From a virus (lineage: Duplodnaviria; Caudoviricetes): a DNA stretch of 42,490 nt. This document shows positions 34,959-42,436 of this stretch, piece after piece; within the stretch, counting starts at the first letter, position 1; each line of letters opens with the position of its first letter. The stretch spans positions 1-42,490 of the IMG/VR virus record IMGVR_UViG_3300046788_000036. One strand, written 5' to 3'. The position numbers and the translations under genes are program-made. The notes beneath the pieces were generated by a model that had not been told where the DNA came from, made no database searches, and saw only the letters and a list, made by a program, of their open reading frames with translations.

Positions 34959-35433
34959 CGATCAATTCCTTCGGGACCATGCAGCCCGGCTCGCCCACCT
35001 TCGGCCCCCAGAAGCCATTCCAGACCTTGCTGGATAGCCTCTGCCGCCACAGGTTCAGTTCCTTGTCCTTGAGGCTTTCACGCACCAGCGGGGCTTTCTG
35101 GGCCTCTGGATGGCCCTTCCAATCACGGCACGCCTTCTCCCAGACCTTGCCCCAGTTCAGCCATTGCGTCCCCTTGGCTTCGTAATACCCCTTAAATGCT
35201 TGCAGAAAGGAATCGGGGTCTTTGCCTTGCCTTTCGCAATAGGCTCTTTGGGCTTGGGTGGGCTGCCAGTCGGGGCCAAGGCGGGAACGCCGATTCGTTC
35301 CATTTCCTTTAGCTTTTCCATCAATTCCCGACTTCTTACCGTTGAGATTATCGGTGCCCACCCCCACGGAGGCGAAGAGGTCGCCGTTGGCTTGCTCATT
35401 GTGAATCTCCTGTCCGCATTGGGTGCATTTCAT
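34951..35433 (-). CDS. Putative minimal replication protein (DnaT-like / replication-initiator C-terminal domain)
   Basis: RLGPDWQP...FKGYY...W..W...W pattern resembles the C-terminal domain of phage replication initiators; CxxC at the N-terminus. Confidence 0.5.
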   Translation of the reverse strand: MKCTQCGQEIHNEQANGDLFASVGVGTDNLNGKKSGIDGKAKGNGTNRRSRLGPDWQPTQAQRAYCERQGKDPDSFLQAFKGYYEAKGTQWLNWGKVWEKACRDWKGHPEAQKAPLVRESLKDKELNLWRQRLSSKVWNGFWGPKVGEPGCMVPKELIDV

Positions 35434-35609
35434 TTCACGTCCTCAGCCAGCATTTGAAGCTGTTCAAGGAGCCAATTGGCAAGTTCGGGAAAGTCGCCAT
35501 CAACCTCGACCATCACGCCCTTCTGCCCATCGTCGAAAGTGCATTCAATTTCGAGGTTATCCCCAATCGTCTCGCGAAAGACGGCCCGCACTAATTTTGC
35601 TTCAGCCAT
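35430..35609 (-). CDS. Hypothetical acidic protein (59 aa, MAEAKLVRAVFRE...)
   Basis: Translated by hand; ATGA overlap with 35433. Confidence 0.6.
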   Translation of the reverse strand: MAEAKLVRAVFRETIGDNLEIECTFDDGQKGVMVEVDGDFPELANWLLEQLQMLAEDVK

Positions 35610-35612
35610 AGC

Positions 35613-35831
35613 TCACCCCTCACCTCTGATCCCCGCAGGAGCATCCGCAGAAGGTACTTCCTTCGGCTCTCGCCCGTACCATTTCTCCCGCTTCTGCACG
35701 GCCAAATCCCATGCCGCCAAGCAATTGCAGAGATATTCGGCGAGGATGAAATCCGGCGTGTCGCTGCCGTTTTCCATGCTCTCGCAGTTGATGAGGTGTT
35801 CGATCTCTTTCCTGAAACCCGGTTTGGACAT
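35613..35831 (-). CDS. Conserved phage hypothetical protein (LINCESMENGSDTPDFILAEYL)
   Basis: Recognisable phage motif; GAAGGTG RBS. Confidence 0.75.
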   Translation of the reverse strand: MSKPGFRKEIEHLINCESMENGSDTPDFILAEYLCNCLAAWDLAVQKREKWYGREPKEVPSADAPAGIRGEG

Positions 35832-35839
35832 AGTTCACC

Positions 35840-36270
35840 TTCACCCCATGATTATGAGGTCTGAAATCTGAGCATGATTGATTTCCCCAGAGATAGCCCA
35901 TCCGAAAGAAATGAGGCTATCCAAGGGGTTGCGTGGCGAGCAATCATGCCTTTCCTCACCACGGTCCAATTGTTGCGAGCGTCTATTACAGGGGTCACGG
36001 TCGAACCGTACTGCCGGAGATGCCGGCACCGTCTCTCTGCCCTGTATGCACCCCCACGCAGGACTGCGCTTCGGGTGGGCCGGAAAACCGTGGGCTGCCA
36101 CGGAAAAGTCTCCCGACGCTCGCGTGACCTGGTGTTGCTAGGAGGATTGGGAGAGCCTATATTGTGGCTCTGGTCCCAAGCGCTACCACGCTTGCACCTG
36201 TTTGGCTCCCGAGAGTACCTAAACTCGGAAAGCCTGAACGGCTCTCTGGTCACTCGGAGGGCCGTTCGCT
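35840..36270 (-). ncRNA. Candidate large structured RNA or leader
   Basis: About ten stems, including two 9-bp perfect long-range helices, downstream of a TTGGCA-17-TAGCCT promoter. No credible ORF. Confidence 0.55.
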
Positions 36271-36275
36271 TTTGT

Positions 36276-36304
36276 AGGCTACGCTTCTGCATCTGCTTTG
36301 CCAA
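36276..36304 (-). promoter_or_regulatory. Putative sigma70-type promoter
   Basis: Minus strand TTGGCA (36299-36304), 17 bp, TAGCCT (36276-36281). Confidence 0.5.
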
Positions 36305-36307
36305 GCG

Positions 36308-36541
36308 TCATTGCATCGCCTTCCGGTCATAGTGCGGAGGCCGTGGATAAAACATCCAAAGTGTCGGCTTGCTCACGCCCTCGGGATCGAGACGCGCGGG
36401 AGGATCTATCGAAAGACCGACGCCATATTCCCAAAGAGAAACATCTTTCAACCATCGCCCCGCGACCACGTAATAGCCATTGGTCAGCAGGATATTGGTT
36501 CCGTCTCTAGGGGCAGTCTGAATTGGTTGCCACTCAGTCAT
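36308..36541 (-). CDS. DUF551-like protein
   Basis: MTEWQPIQTAPRDGT...PTLWM..P.PP. Confidence 0.8.
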   Translation of the reverse strand: MTEWQPIQTAPRDGTNILLTNGYYVVAGRWLKDVSLWEYGVGLSIDPPARLDPEGVSKPTLWMFYPRPPHYDRKAMQ

Positions 36542-36593
36542 GGTTGATTGCCTTCGAGGCGAAGCGCGCTATCCTCTTGTGGCGTATCCATGG

Positions 36594-37001
36594 TCAGGAC
36601 AGCCGCCAGTCGATCTCGGGATAGAGCGCCTTGGCGAGCTTCCACTTCAGCTTGAACTCGGGCGTCTGGAAGCCCTTGGCGTCCTCGACCACGCGCTTCC
36701 ATGCGGGGAATTGGGAAGATGGATCGGTCGTGATATAATGCCAGTCCCCGACGTATTTACAGACCAACGCGCCATTCACGAACAGGTTAAACGTGGGCTG
36801 GCGTTCCAGTTGCTCGATCTCCCCCCGCTTCTGCATGTCCAACAAGACGAGGTGCCTGAGCATCTCGCGCTTGCTGTCGAACTTCTCGCCCCGCCATACG
36901 CATTTGCGGTTGCCGTACTTGGCGCGCTTTTTGTTCAAACCAAATCCGGGCTTGCCGAACGCCATTGGCACCCATTGCCCCTTCACCAGCCTTTCAGCCA
37001 T
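36594..37001 (-). CDS. DUF1064 family PD-(D/E)xK nuclease-like protein
   Basis: KYGNRK...FDSKRE...LERQPTF...YVGDWHY...VVEDAKG..T..FKLK. Confidence 0.85.
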   Translation of the reverse strand: MAERLVKGQWVPMAFGKPGFGLNKKRAKYGNRKCVWRGEKFDSKREMLRHLVLLDMQKRGEIEQLERQPTFNLFVNGALVCKYVGDWHYITTDPSSQFPAWKRVVEDAKGFQTPEFKLKWKLAKALYPEIDWRLS

Positions 37002-37149
37002 GCCGAGCCTCTTTCAACTGCGCCACCATCCACTGCTGCAACTCGCGCAGCCGCCTGAGCCTGTCGCCCCCGCGAGCTGTCCAGTAGGCATCGAGAAGTT
37101 TGCGATGCTCGGGGCAGAAAGCCCGTCTTGCGCGCTGGCGTTTGTTCAT
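36994..37149 (-). CDS. Small basic hypothetical protein
   Basis: ATGA-coupled start at MNKRQR. Confidence 0.55.
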   Translation of the reverse strand: MNKRQRARRAFCPEHRKLLDAYWTARGGDRLRRLRELQQWMVAQLKEARHG

Positions 37150-37298
37150 CGAATCAACGTCCCCCTGTAATAGCGGATGGCGGCTATCAGTTGGCAAACG
37201 AGTGAAAGGCCACCACCGACCAATGCGATAATACCTTCATGCGTGCTCACCGCGGCAACCGTCAGAAAAACCAGCCACCAGTAGGTCAGTTCGGTCAT
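37146..37298 (-). CDS. Small membrane protein
   Basis: AGGAGG RBS; two hydrophobic stretches. Confidence 0.6.
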   Translation of the reverse strand: MTELTYWWLVFLTVAAVSTHEGIIALVGGGLSLVCQLIAAIRYYRGTLIR

Positions 37299-37395
37299 TT
37301 CACTTGCCTCCTGAATTAGTGGGCCGATGCCGTTGGAGGGGGAGAGTGAGAACCACACCGGCCCTGACCCGCTCCGTGTTTGGGGGCGGTGCGGA

Positions 37396-37590
37396 TCATG
37401 CTGATTTCTCTGATGCTTCCAAGATCAAGGCGTGAATAGCCGCCGCCCTGTTGCGAAGCATTCGCTTGTGCCAGATGCGGTCGATCTTATCCAAGAGATG
37501 CGGCGGCATCGGAACGGTGATCCTCGGCCAATCCTTCTGCTGGCCGTAGGTCGGATGGACGTGCCTGACGCCCTGCTTGGCTGGTTTCAT
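37396..37590 (-). CDS. Ribbon-helix-helix (CopG/NikR-like) regulator
   Basis: PRITVPMPPHLLDKIDRIW...NRAAAIHALILEA fits the RHH pattern. Start at MKPAK. Confidence 0.75.
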   Translation of the reverse strand: MKPAKQGVRHVHPTYGQQKDWPRITVPMPPHLLDKIDRIWHKRMLRNRAAAIHALILEASEKSA

Positions 37591-37595
37591 GGCGC

Positions 37596-37668
37596 ATGTT
37601 AGGCTTGCGACAAATGTTTGGTCAAGAGCAAAATAACACTTGCGCAAATGTTTTTGGCATGGGATAAA
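37596..37668. promoter_or_regulatory. Divergent promoters with direct-repeat operators
   Basis: Leftward TTGACC-18-TAACAT; rightward TTGCGC-17-GATAAA; CTTGCG(A)CAAATGTTT repeated at 37604-37619 and 37639-37653. Confidence 0.6.
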
Positions 37669-37675
37669 TGCCGCC

Positions 37676-37918
37676 ATGAACACACACAATAACTCAGGGG
37701 ACCAAGTGGCCCTTGCCGCTGACAACATTCAGAACAAGATCATGGAGGATCGGTGGGATGTTTTCTACAAGAACGCCATCGCCAGCGGCAGCATCGTTCC
37801 CCCGCACGGAGAGAGCGCAGCGGTCAGGCGCACCGACTACCTTGTCGGCCTCTGCGTTATCTGCCTGGTTGCCTGCGGGCTGGTCGGGTTTGCGGTCGCT
37901 TACTGGTGGAGGGCGTGA
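37676..37918 (+). CDS. Hypothetical protein with C-terminal TM segment
   Basis: First gene after the rightward promoter. Confidence 0.6.
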   Translation: MNTHNNSGDQVALAADNIQNKIMEDRWDVFYKNAIASGSIVPPHGESAAVRRTDYLVGLCVICLVACGLVGFAVAYWWRA

Positions 37919-38217
37919 TGCATACGCCGGGACCGTGGCATTGGGACAGTGACCCGCTGAAGGGCGATCCACGTGGCCTTGTTCGCATCCGCGTCACCGC
38001 CAAGGGGCGCACGATCACCCAACTCTATTACGGGGCCAAAGATTCACAAGCCGTTGCCGATGGGAAACTGATCGCCGCCGCTCCCGACTTGTTGCGGGCA
38101 TTGGAACGGTGGAAGCAGGCGCAAGAAGATCGCAATTCGGTGGCTATCGTCAACGCACAGTTCGACCGTGATCGCGCTATCGCCAAGGCCAAGGGAGATA
38201 ACCATGGACAACCTTGA
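37918..38217 (+). CDS. Conserved phage protein (HTPGPW...LIAAAPDLL)
   Basis: Very common phage early-gene motif. Confidence 0.8.
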   Translation: MHTPGPWHWDSDPLKGDPRGLVRIRVTAKGRTITQLYYGAKDSQAVADGKLIAAAPDLLRALERWKQAQEDRNSVAIVNAQFDRDRAIAKAKGDNHGQP

Positions 38218-38653
38218 AAGCATCATGAAGGGCCACGCCGAGATCATGCGGACCGGCCTCAAGCATGGCGGCGACATCGCGCTCGGCAAGGTGGTGGACG
38301 AGATCAACCGCCTGATCGACCTCAAGGGCCTGTCGGGTGACTGGCACGCGGGCTATCGCAAGGCGCTGATGGACGTGCGGGCCTTCATCCTGGCGAGCCT
38401 CAAGCCACCGACTGACGATGAGGAAGCCTACCACACCAGCACCAGCCCGGCCGAGGAGTACGAGCGCGTCGAGCGGATGCGGGCCGACAACGCACGCAAG
38501 CTGCAAGCAGATTTCGAGCGTGCAATGGCCCCCGACTACTCCCGCAAGGGCATCTTCCAGACTCACAACTGCGCCTATTGCCGGGATGGTGAACTGCCGT
38601 GCAGGCAGGGTGCGGTGAACCGCTGCGACAACCCGAGGGCACGCAATGATTGA
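38204..38653 (+). CDS. Hypothetical protein with C-terminal Cys cluster
   Basis: GGGAG RBS; HNCAYC...C...C. Confidence 0.65.
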   Translation: MDNLESIMKGHAEIMRTGLKHGGDIALGKVVDEINRLIDLKGLSGDWHAGYRKALMDVRAFILASLKPPTDDEEAYHTSTSPAEEYERVERMRADNARKLQADFERAMAPDYSRKGIFQTHNCAYCRDGELPCRQGAVNRCDNPRARND

Positions 38654-39368
38654 CTTCAAGGCTTTGGCCGCCCCTTTCAATCCATCGGCTGTTTCATGGC
38701 GCGTGGGGTCCGTCTCTGGCGAGCGGGGTATGGCCTTGGCCTATCTCGATGCCAGGGACGTGGCCGACCGGCTGGACGGCGTGTGCGGACCTTCCAACTG
38801 GGGATGCCGCTACAGCCACGTCGGCGCTATCACAGTCTGCGAGATCGGTATTTGCACCTTCATGTTCCATCCCGAAAACGCTGCTTTGCAGGGCAACTGG
38901 GTCTGGAAAGCAGACGGGGCCGGGCAGTCCGACATCGAGGCCGAGAAGGGCGCGCTGTCCGATGCCTTCAAGCGGGCCGCCGTCCGCTGGGGTATCGGCA
39001 GGTATCTCTACCACCTGCCAAGCCCTTGGGTCGAGATCGAGAAGCGCGGCAAGACCTCAGTCATTGCCAAGCACGAATATGCGAGGCTGGAAAAGATCCT
39101 CGCACAGGCAGGGACGCCCGCCCCCCAAGGGCCAACCCTGCCCCCTGCCGACCCCGATGTGCTGGATGCCGCTACCCGCTGGTTTCGCACTCAGAAGGAC
39201 TACCTGGAGAAGTGCCAGAGCGTGGAAGCCATCGCCCAGTGGGCCGAACGCGAGAACCGCGCCCTGGGCAAGCTGAAGCTCCAGCACCGCGACCTGTGGG
39301 AAATCTTGTCGGAAACCCAGCAGACCATGCTGGATAGCGTCGGGTCGTTCAGTAGGCCACCGGCATGA
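38646..39368 (+). CDS. Rad52/Rad22-family single-strand annealing protein (Sak-like)
   Basis: LAYLDARDVADRLD...KGALSDAFKRAAVRWGIGRYLY. Confidence 0.92.
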   Translation: MIDFKALAAPFNPSAVSWRVGSVSGERGMALAYLDARDVADRLDGVCGPSNWGCRYSHVGAITVCEIGICTFMFHPENAALQGNWVWKADGAGQSDIEAEKGALSDAFKRAAVRWGIGRYLYHLPSPWVEIEKRGKTSVIAKHEYARLEKILAQAGTPAPQGPTLPPADPDVLDAATRWFRTQKDYLEKCQSVEAIAQWAERENRALGKLKLQHRDLWEILSETQQTMLDSVGSFSRPPA

Positions 39369-39694
39369 TCCGCCTCATCCTCACCCCCGCCAAGACGCCG
39401 GGTAAGTTTATTGCGCGGATGGACGATAACGATCCGCGAGTCCCTGAGGAAGTTTGTGTCTCCCACCAGCCTATGGTTGACGGTGCGCGGGTGCTGCTAA
39501 AACACGGCTTCGACCCCGAGACGCTAGCCACATGCCGCCACGAGGGCAAAGCCTTCGATTCCTTCGTGCCGCGCCGTTTGGGCGACTGGGCGCAAGATTC
39601 TTACTCTGAGGGTGATAAGCGTGGGCTAAGGCTGGAGAAGTGGCGTCCCCGTCCAGATAGCGCATTGCCGATGCGCGGGACGATCAAGGAATGA
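39365..39694 (+). CDS. Hypothetical protein
   Basis: Track ORF with ATGA coupling. Confidence 0.65.
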   Translation: MIRLILTPAKTPGKFIARMDDNDPRVPEEVCVSHQPMVDGARVLLKHGFDPETLATCRHEGKAFDSFVPRRLGDWAQDSYSEGDKRGLRLEKWRPRPDSALPMRGTIKE

Positions 39695-40098
39695 CTTCGG
39701 CCACCTACTGGCTACGGACACCACAAGCCCGGCAAAACGCACGGGAGGCCATCCTTGTGGCTCCTGAGACGTATGTGTGCCGGATTGAGGATGAACCGCG
39801 CACCCCGGAGCAGAACGACCATGCCCATGCTGCGCTGACCGACATATCCCGTCAATTGCAGTGGCACGGCAAGAAGCTGAATGTGCTGACGTGGAAGCGG
39901 CTCACCATGGCCGCCTTCCTGCGCGAGATAGGGCACCAACCGGAACTAATTCCCGCGTTGGATGGCAATGGCTTCGATGTGATTTTCGAGCATTCATCGA
40001 AGCTCGGCAAGAAGAAGTTCTCAGCATGGCTGGAATGGATCTATGCCTTCGGGACGCAGAACAAGGTGGTGTTCAGGGACAGGCATCATGCGTCGTAG
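39691..40098 (+). CDS. ninB: NinB/Orf-like recombination protein
   Basis: RTPEQND..HA.LTDISRQLQWHG...WK...SSKL.KK.FS..LE.IYAFG. Confidence 0.88.
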   Translation: MTSATYWLRTPQARQNAREAILVAPETYVCRIEDEPRTPEQNDHAHAALTDISRQLQWHGKKLNVLTWKRLTMAAFLREIGHQPELIPALDGNGFDVIFEHSSKLGKKKFSAWLEWIYAFGTQNKVVFRDRHHAS

Positions 40099-40144
40099 CC
40101 TGTCCGCTCGCCAGCGCATGAAGATCTTCGAGGCTCGGCGATGA
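40088..40144 (+). pseudogene. Orphan 5' fragment of an HNH gene (MRRSLSARQRMKIFEARR*)
   Basis: Resembles the N-terminus of the gene type at 40563 (MRREFSTKIKAAAFQRA); ends at the ATG of the inserted endonuclease. Confidence 0.5.
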
Positions 40145-40566
40145 ACAAGTCAAAACTTCCTGAATACCGGCACTGGATCAATATGATTTCCAGATGTGAG
40201 AATCCCAATGCGCCATGGTTCGAGATTTACGGCGGCCGAGGCGTCAAGATCTGCAAGCCGTGGCGCGAGTCCTTCAGCAACTTCTATCAGGATATGGGCC
40301 CGCGCCCATCGCCAAAGCACTCAGTTGATCGGATTGATTCTGACGGCAACTACGAACCATCCAATTGCCGATGGGCGACACCCTCAGCGCAAGGTCGCAA
40401 TAAGCGGACCAATCATATTGTGATAGTGAATGGCGTAAAAATGACTCTTGCGGACGCCGCCGATCTTGCGCCCGTTGGCTATAACACTTTCCTTTATCGC
40501 CTCAAGCGTGGATGGTCATTGGACGATGCCATATCGCTGCCGAGGCAAAAGGGCATCCGGCCATGA
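40141..40566 (+). CDS. HNH-type homing endonuclease
   Basis: W.NMISRC...YGGRGVKIC..W..F..F..DMG.RP....SVDRID.DGNYEPSNCRWAT...Q..N. Confidence 0.88.
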   Translation: MNKSKLPEYRHWINMISRCENPNAPWFEIYGGRGVKICKPWRESFSNFYQDMGPRPSPKHSVDRIDSDGNYEPSNCRWATPSAQGRNKRTNHIVIVNGVKMTLADAADLAPVGYNTFLYRLKRGWSLDDAISLPRQKGIRP

Positions 40567-40913
40567 GGCGCGAGTTCTCCACCAAGATCAAAGCCGCCGC
40601 TTTCCAACGCGCCAACTTACATTGCGAGAAATGCACCGCCCCTCTCTATGCAGGCAAGTTCGCTTACGATCACGTCATTGCCGACGCTATGGGTGGCAAA
40701 CCGACGCTAGACAACTGCGAGGTGCTTTGCGTTGCGTGCCATTCGGAAAAGACGTGCGAACTTGATATTCCCCGCATCGCCAAGGCCAAGCGCCAGTCTG
40801 CCAGGCATCATGGAGCCAAGCAGTCGAAGTGGCCCAGGTTGAAATGGAAGCGGAAGGTCAGCGGCGAGACGGTGTTGCGGGCCACAAATCCCCCTTCCAA
40901 AGGTGGCACATGA
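40563..40913 (+). CDS. HNH endonuclease (Zn-binding, nin-region type)
   Basis: CEKC...YDHVIA...GG...LDNCEVLCVACH..KT. Confidence 0.88.
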   Translation: MRREFSTKIKAAAFQRANLHCEKCTAPLYAGKFAYDHVIADAMGGKPTLDNCEVLCVACHSEKTCELDIPRIAKAKRQSARHHGAKQSKWPRLKWKRKVSGETVLRATNPPSKGGT

Positions 40914-41266
40914 CCTACTCAGAGCGTGAGTTCGGTGCATCGCAGTCGGACTATGACCCAAAGGAACAGAAGATGAGCGACATCGTGGAGCGGCTGGAAG
41001 AACGCACGAAGATTCGCTGGATGGGCGACTGCAAGTGCGGCCACTGCCAGCTTGTCAACGAAGACGACCTATTCGAGGTCATCGCTGAATTGAAGCGCCT
41101 TCGTGCTGGCCGTGCCGCCGTGGTGGAGGAATGCGCGAAGGTGGCGGAGTGTGGCGCGCTCAATTTTGACGACATTCCTAGTTCTTCGAGCTTGCGATCA
41201 ATTGCTGAAGCCGTTTGCAATCTCAATGCGGCTCGTATCCGCGCTCTCAAAGGCGGTGCAGCATGA
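40910..41266 (+). CDS. Hypothetical protein (MSDIVERL...VEECAKVAE)
   Basis: Common phage modular motifs; start at 40910 or 40973. Confidence 0.65.
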   Translation: MTYSEREFGASQSDYDPKEQKMSDIVERLEERTKIRWMGDCKCGHCQLVNEDDLFEVIAELKRLRAGRAAVVEECAKVAECGALNFDDIPSSSSLRSIAEAVCNLNAARIRALKGGAA

Positions 41267-41529
41267 CCACACCAGAAGATGGGCGCGCTTCGCCTCGCGA
41301 GGAACCGATTGTGACTAGGATCGACTGCATTGATGGAATGGTCGATGACGTGGCGATCTCTCACGTCGAGATGTTTCGGCTGGAGCAGCTGGACGCTGGC
41401 AGTTGGTGGATGATGGTCTACACCGCACGGGGCAACTACCGCTTCAGTCTCTACACCCAACGCAACGCCACGATCTCCTGCACCCATGAAGTGGAACCGC
41501 CTGATACGCGAGGCGAAGCGAACACATGA
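41263..41529 (+). CDS. Hypothetical protein
   Basis: ATGA-coupled; FRLEQLDAGSWW. Confidence 0.65.
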   Translation: MTTPEDGRASPREEPIVTRIDCIDGMVDDVAISHVEMFRLEQLDAGSWWMMVYTARGNYRFSLYTQRNATISCTHEVEPPDTRGEANT

Positions 41530-41783
41530 CCACACCAGAAGAAGCCGCACGCAGGATGGTGACCGAAATCCTCGAAAACGATGGGTGGTCATTCAATGGC
41601 GACGAAGTGTTTTCCGTCGCCCGCGCCCTTCTCGCCTCCACCGCCCGCGAGGCAAAGCTCCGCGAGGCGTTGGAGAATATTGAAGATATAGCAACGACCG
41701 GACGTATCAGCGAACTGGTAGAGAAATTCAACACCATGAAGTTGATCGCCCGCGAGGCGCTGGCGGACAAGGAGACGACATGA
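41526..41783 (+). CDS. Hypothetical coiled-coil protein
   Basis: ATGA-coupled; LREALE...IAREAL. Confidence 0.65.
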   Translation: MTTPEEAARRMVTEILENDGWSFNGDEVFSVARALLASTAREAKLREALENIEDIATTGRISELVEKFNTMKLIAREALADKETT

Positions 41784-41914
41784 CCAAGGAACTAATGTGG
41801 TGGGGTGGAGTGATCGGCTTCTTCATCTACATTGCCGTCTGTGGTGCCGGAATCATCTCCAATCCCAAACGCCCGCTTTCACATTGGGACAAGGACGATG
41901 CTTCCCATCATTAG
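41780..41914 (+). CDS. Small TM protein (MTKELMWWGGVIGFFIYIAVCGAGII...)
   Basis: Translated by hand (44 aa); AGGAG RBS and ATGA overlap. Confidence 0.55.
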   Translation: MTKELMWWGGVIGFFIYIAVCGAGIISNPKRPLSHWDKDDASHH

Positions 41915-41940
41915 CCGCGCCCGCTACTGGTGGGACCGCA

Positions 41941-42234
41941 TTACCTGGCCTGTAAGAAGCCAGCCAGAGCGTCGAACCTGGCCTCTACGCACTCGGCATA
42001 GGCGTTCAGTTCGGTAATGAACACCGCGATCTGGTTATCACTTGGTTTGGGGATTGGCGACGGTATGGAGGGGAACAGGCACAGCCCCCGGCTTAGCAGG
42101 CTGGGGTCCGGCTGGGACTTTACTGCCACTGCGGTCGTCCCGCACGCGGTCAACAGCATAACCAACAGTAGGACCGCAGCCAGCAGTAACGGGTGCGGTG
42201 GTAATATACTGGATGGTAGGTTGGGTCTTGGCAT
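41941..42234 (-). CDS. o-spanin (Rz1-like lipoprotein)
   Basis: GGAGG RBS, lipobox LLTA|C, Pro-rich mature part; overlaps the i-spanin in another frame. Confidence 0.8.
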   Translation of the reverse strand: MPRPNLPSSILPPHPLLLAAVLLLVMLLTACGTTAVAVKSQPDPSLLSRGLCLFPSIPSPIPKPSDNQIAVFITELNAYAECVEARFDALAGFLQAR

Positions 42235-42436
42235 TGATGCCCTCCAATTTGCCTTGGAGGATGCCCAATTGTTTCTCGCTGTTGGCGTGGTCCTTCAAGT
42301 TCTGCTGTATGACCGCCTGATCGTTGGCGTGCTTTAGCGAGTCCGCCTTGTGTTCCTGCCACAGCCCCCAGCAGCCGACCAACGCCAAGGCGAGCGCAAT
42401 GTAGGGGCCGAAGTGAAAGAGGGCAGTCAGACCCAC
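42038..42436 (-). CDS. i-spanin (Rz-like)
   Basis: N-terminal TM segment, coiled coil and a C-terminal-region Cys; downstream of the endolysin across the circular junction. Confidence 0.78.
   Translation of the reverse strand: MGLTALFHFGPYIALALALVGCWGLWQEHKADSLKHANDQAVIQQNLKDHANSEKQLGILQGKLEGINAKTQPTIQYITTAPVTAGCGPTVGYAVDRVRDDRSGSKVPAGPQPAKPGAVPVPLHTVANPQTK

Noticed and set aside
35990-36030. GGTTCGA T-loop-like motif suggesting a tRNA
   Set aside because: No cloverleaf, acceptor stem or anticodon arm could be built; it is a simple hairpin.
35852-36332. 150-aa ORFs on both strands in the large gap
   Set aside because: Arg/Ser/Pro-rich, no RBS and no motif; the region is better explained by RNA structure.
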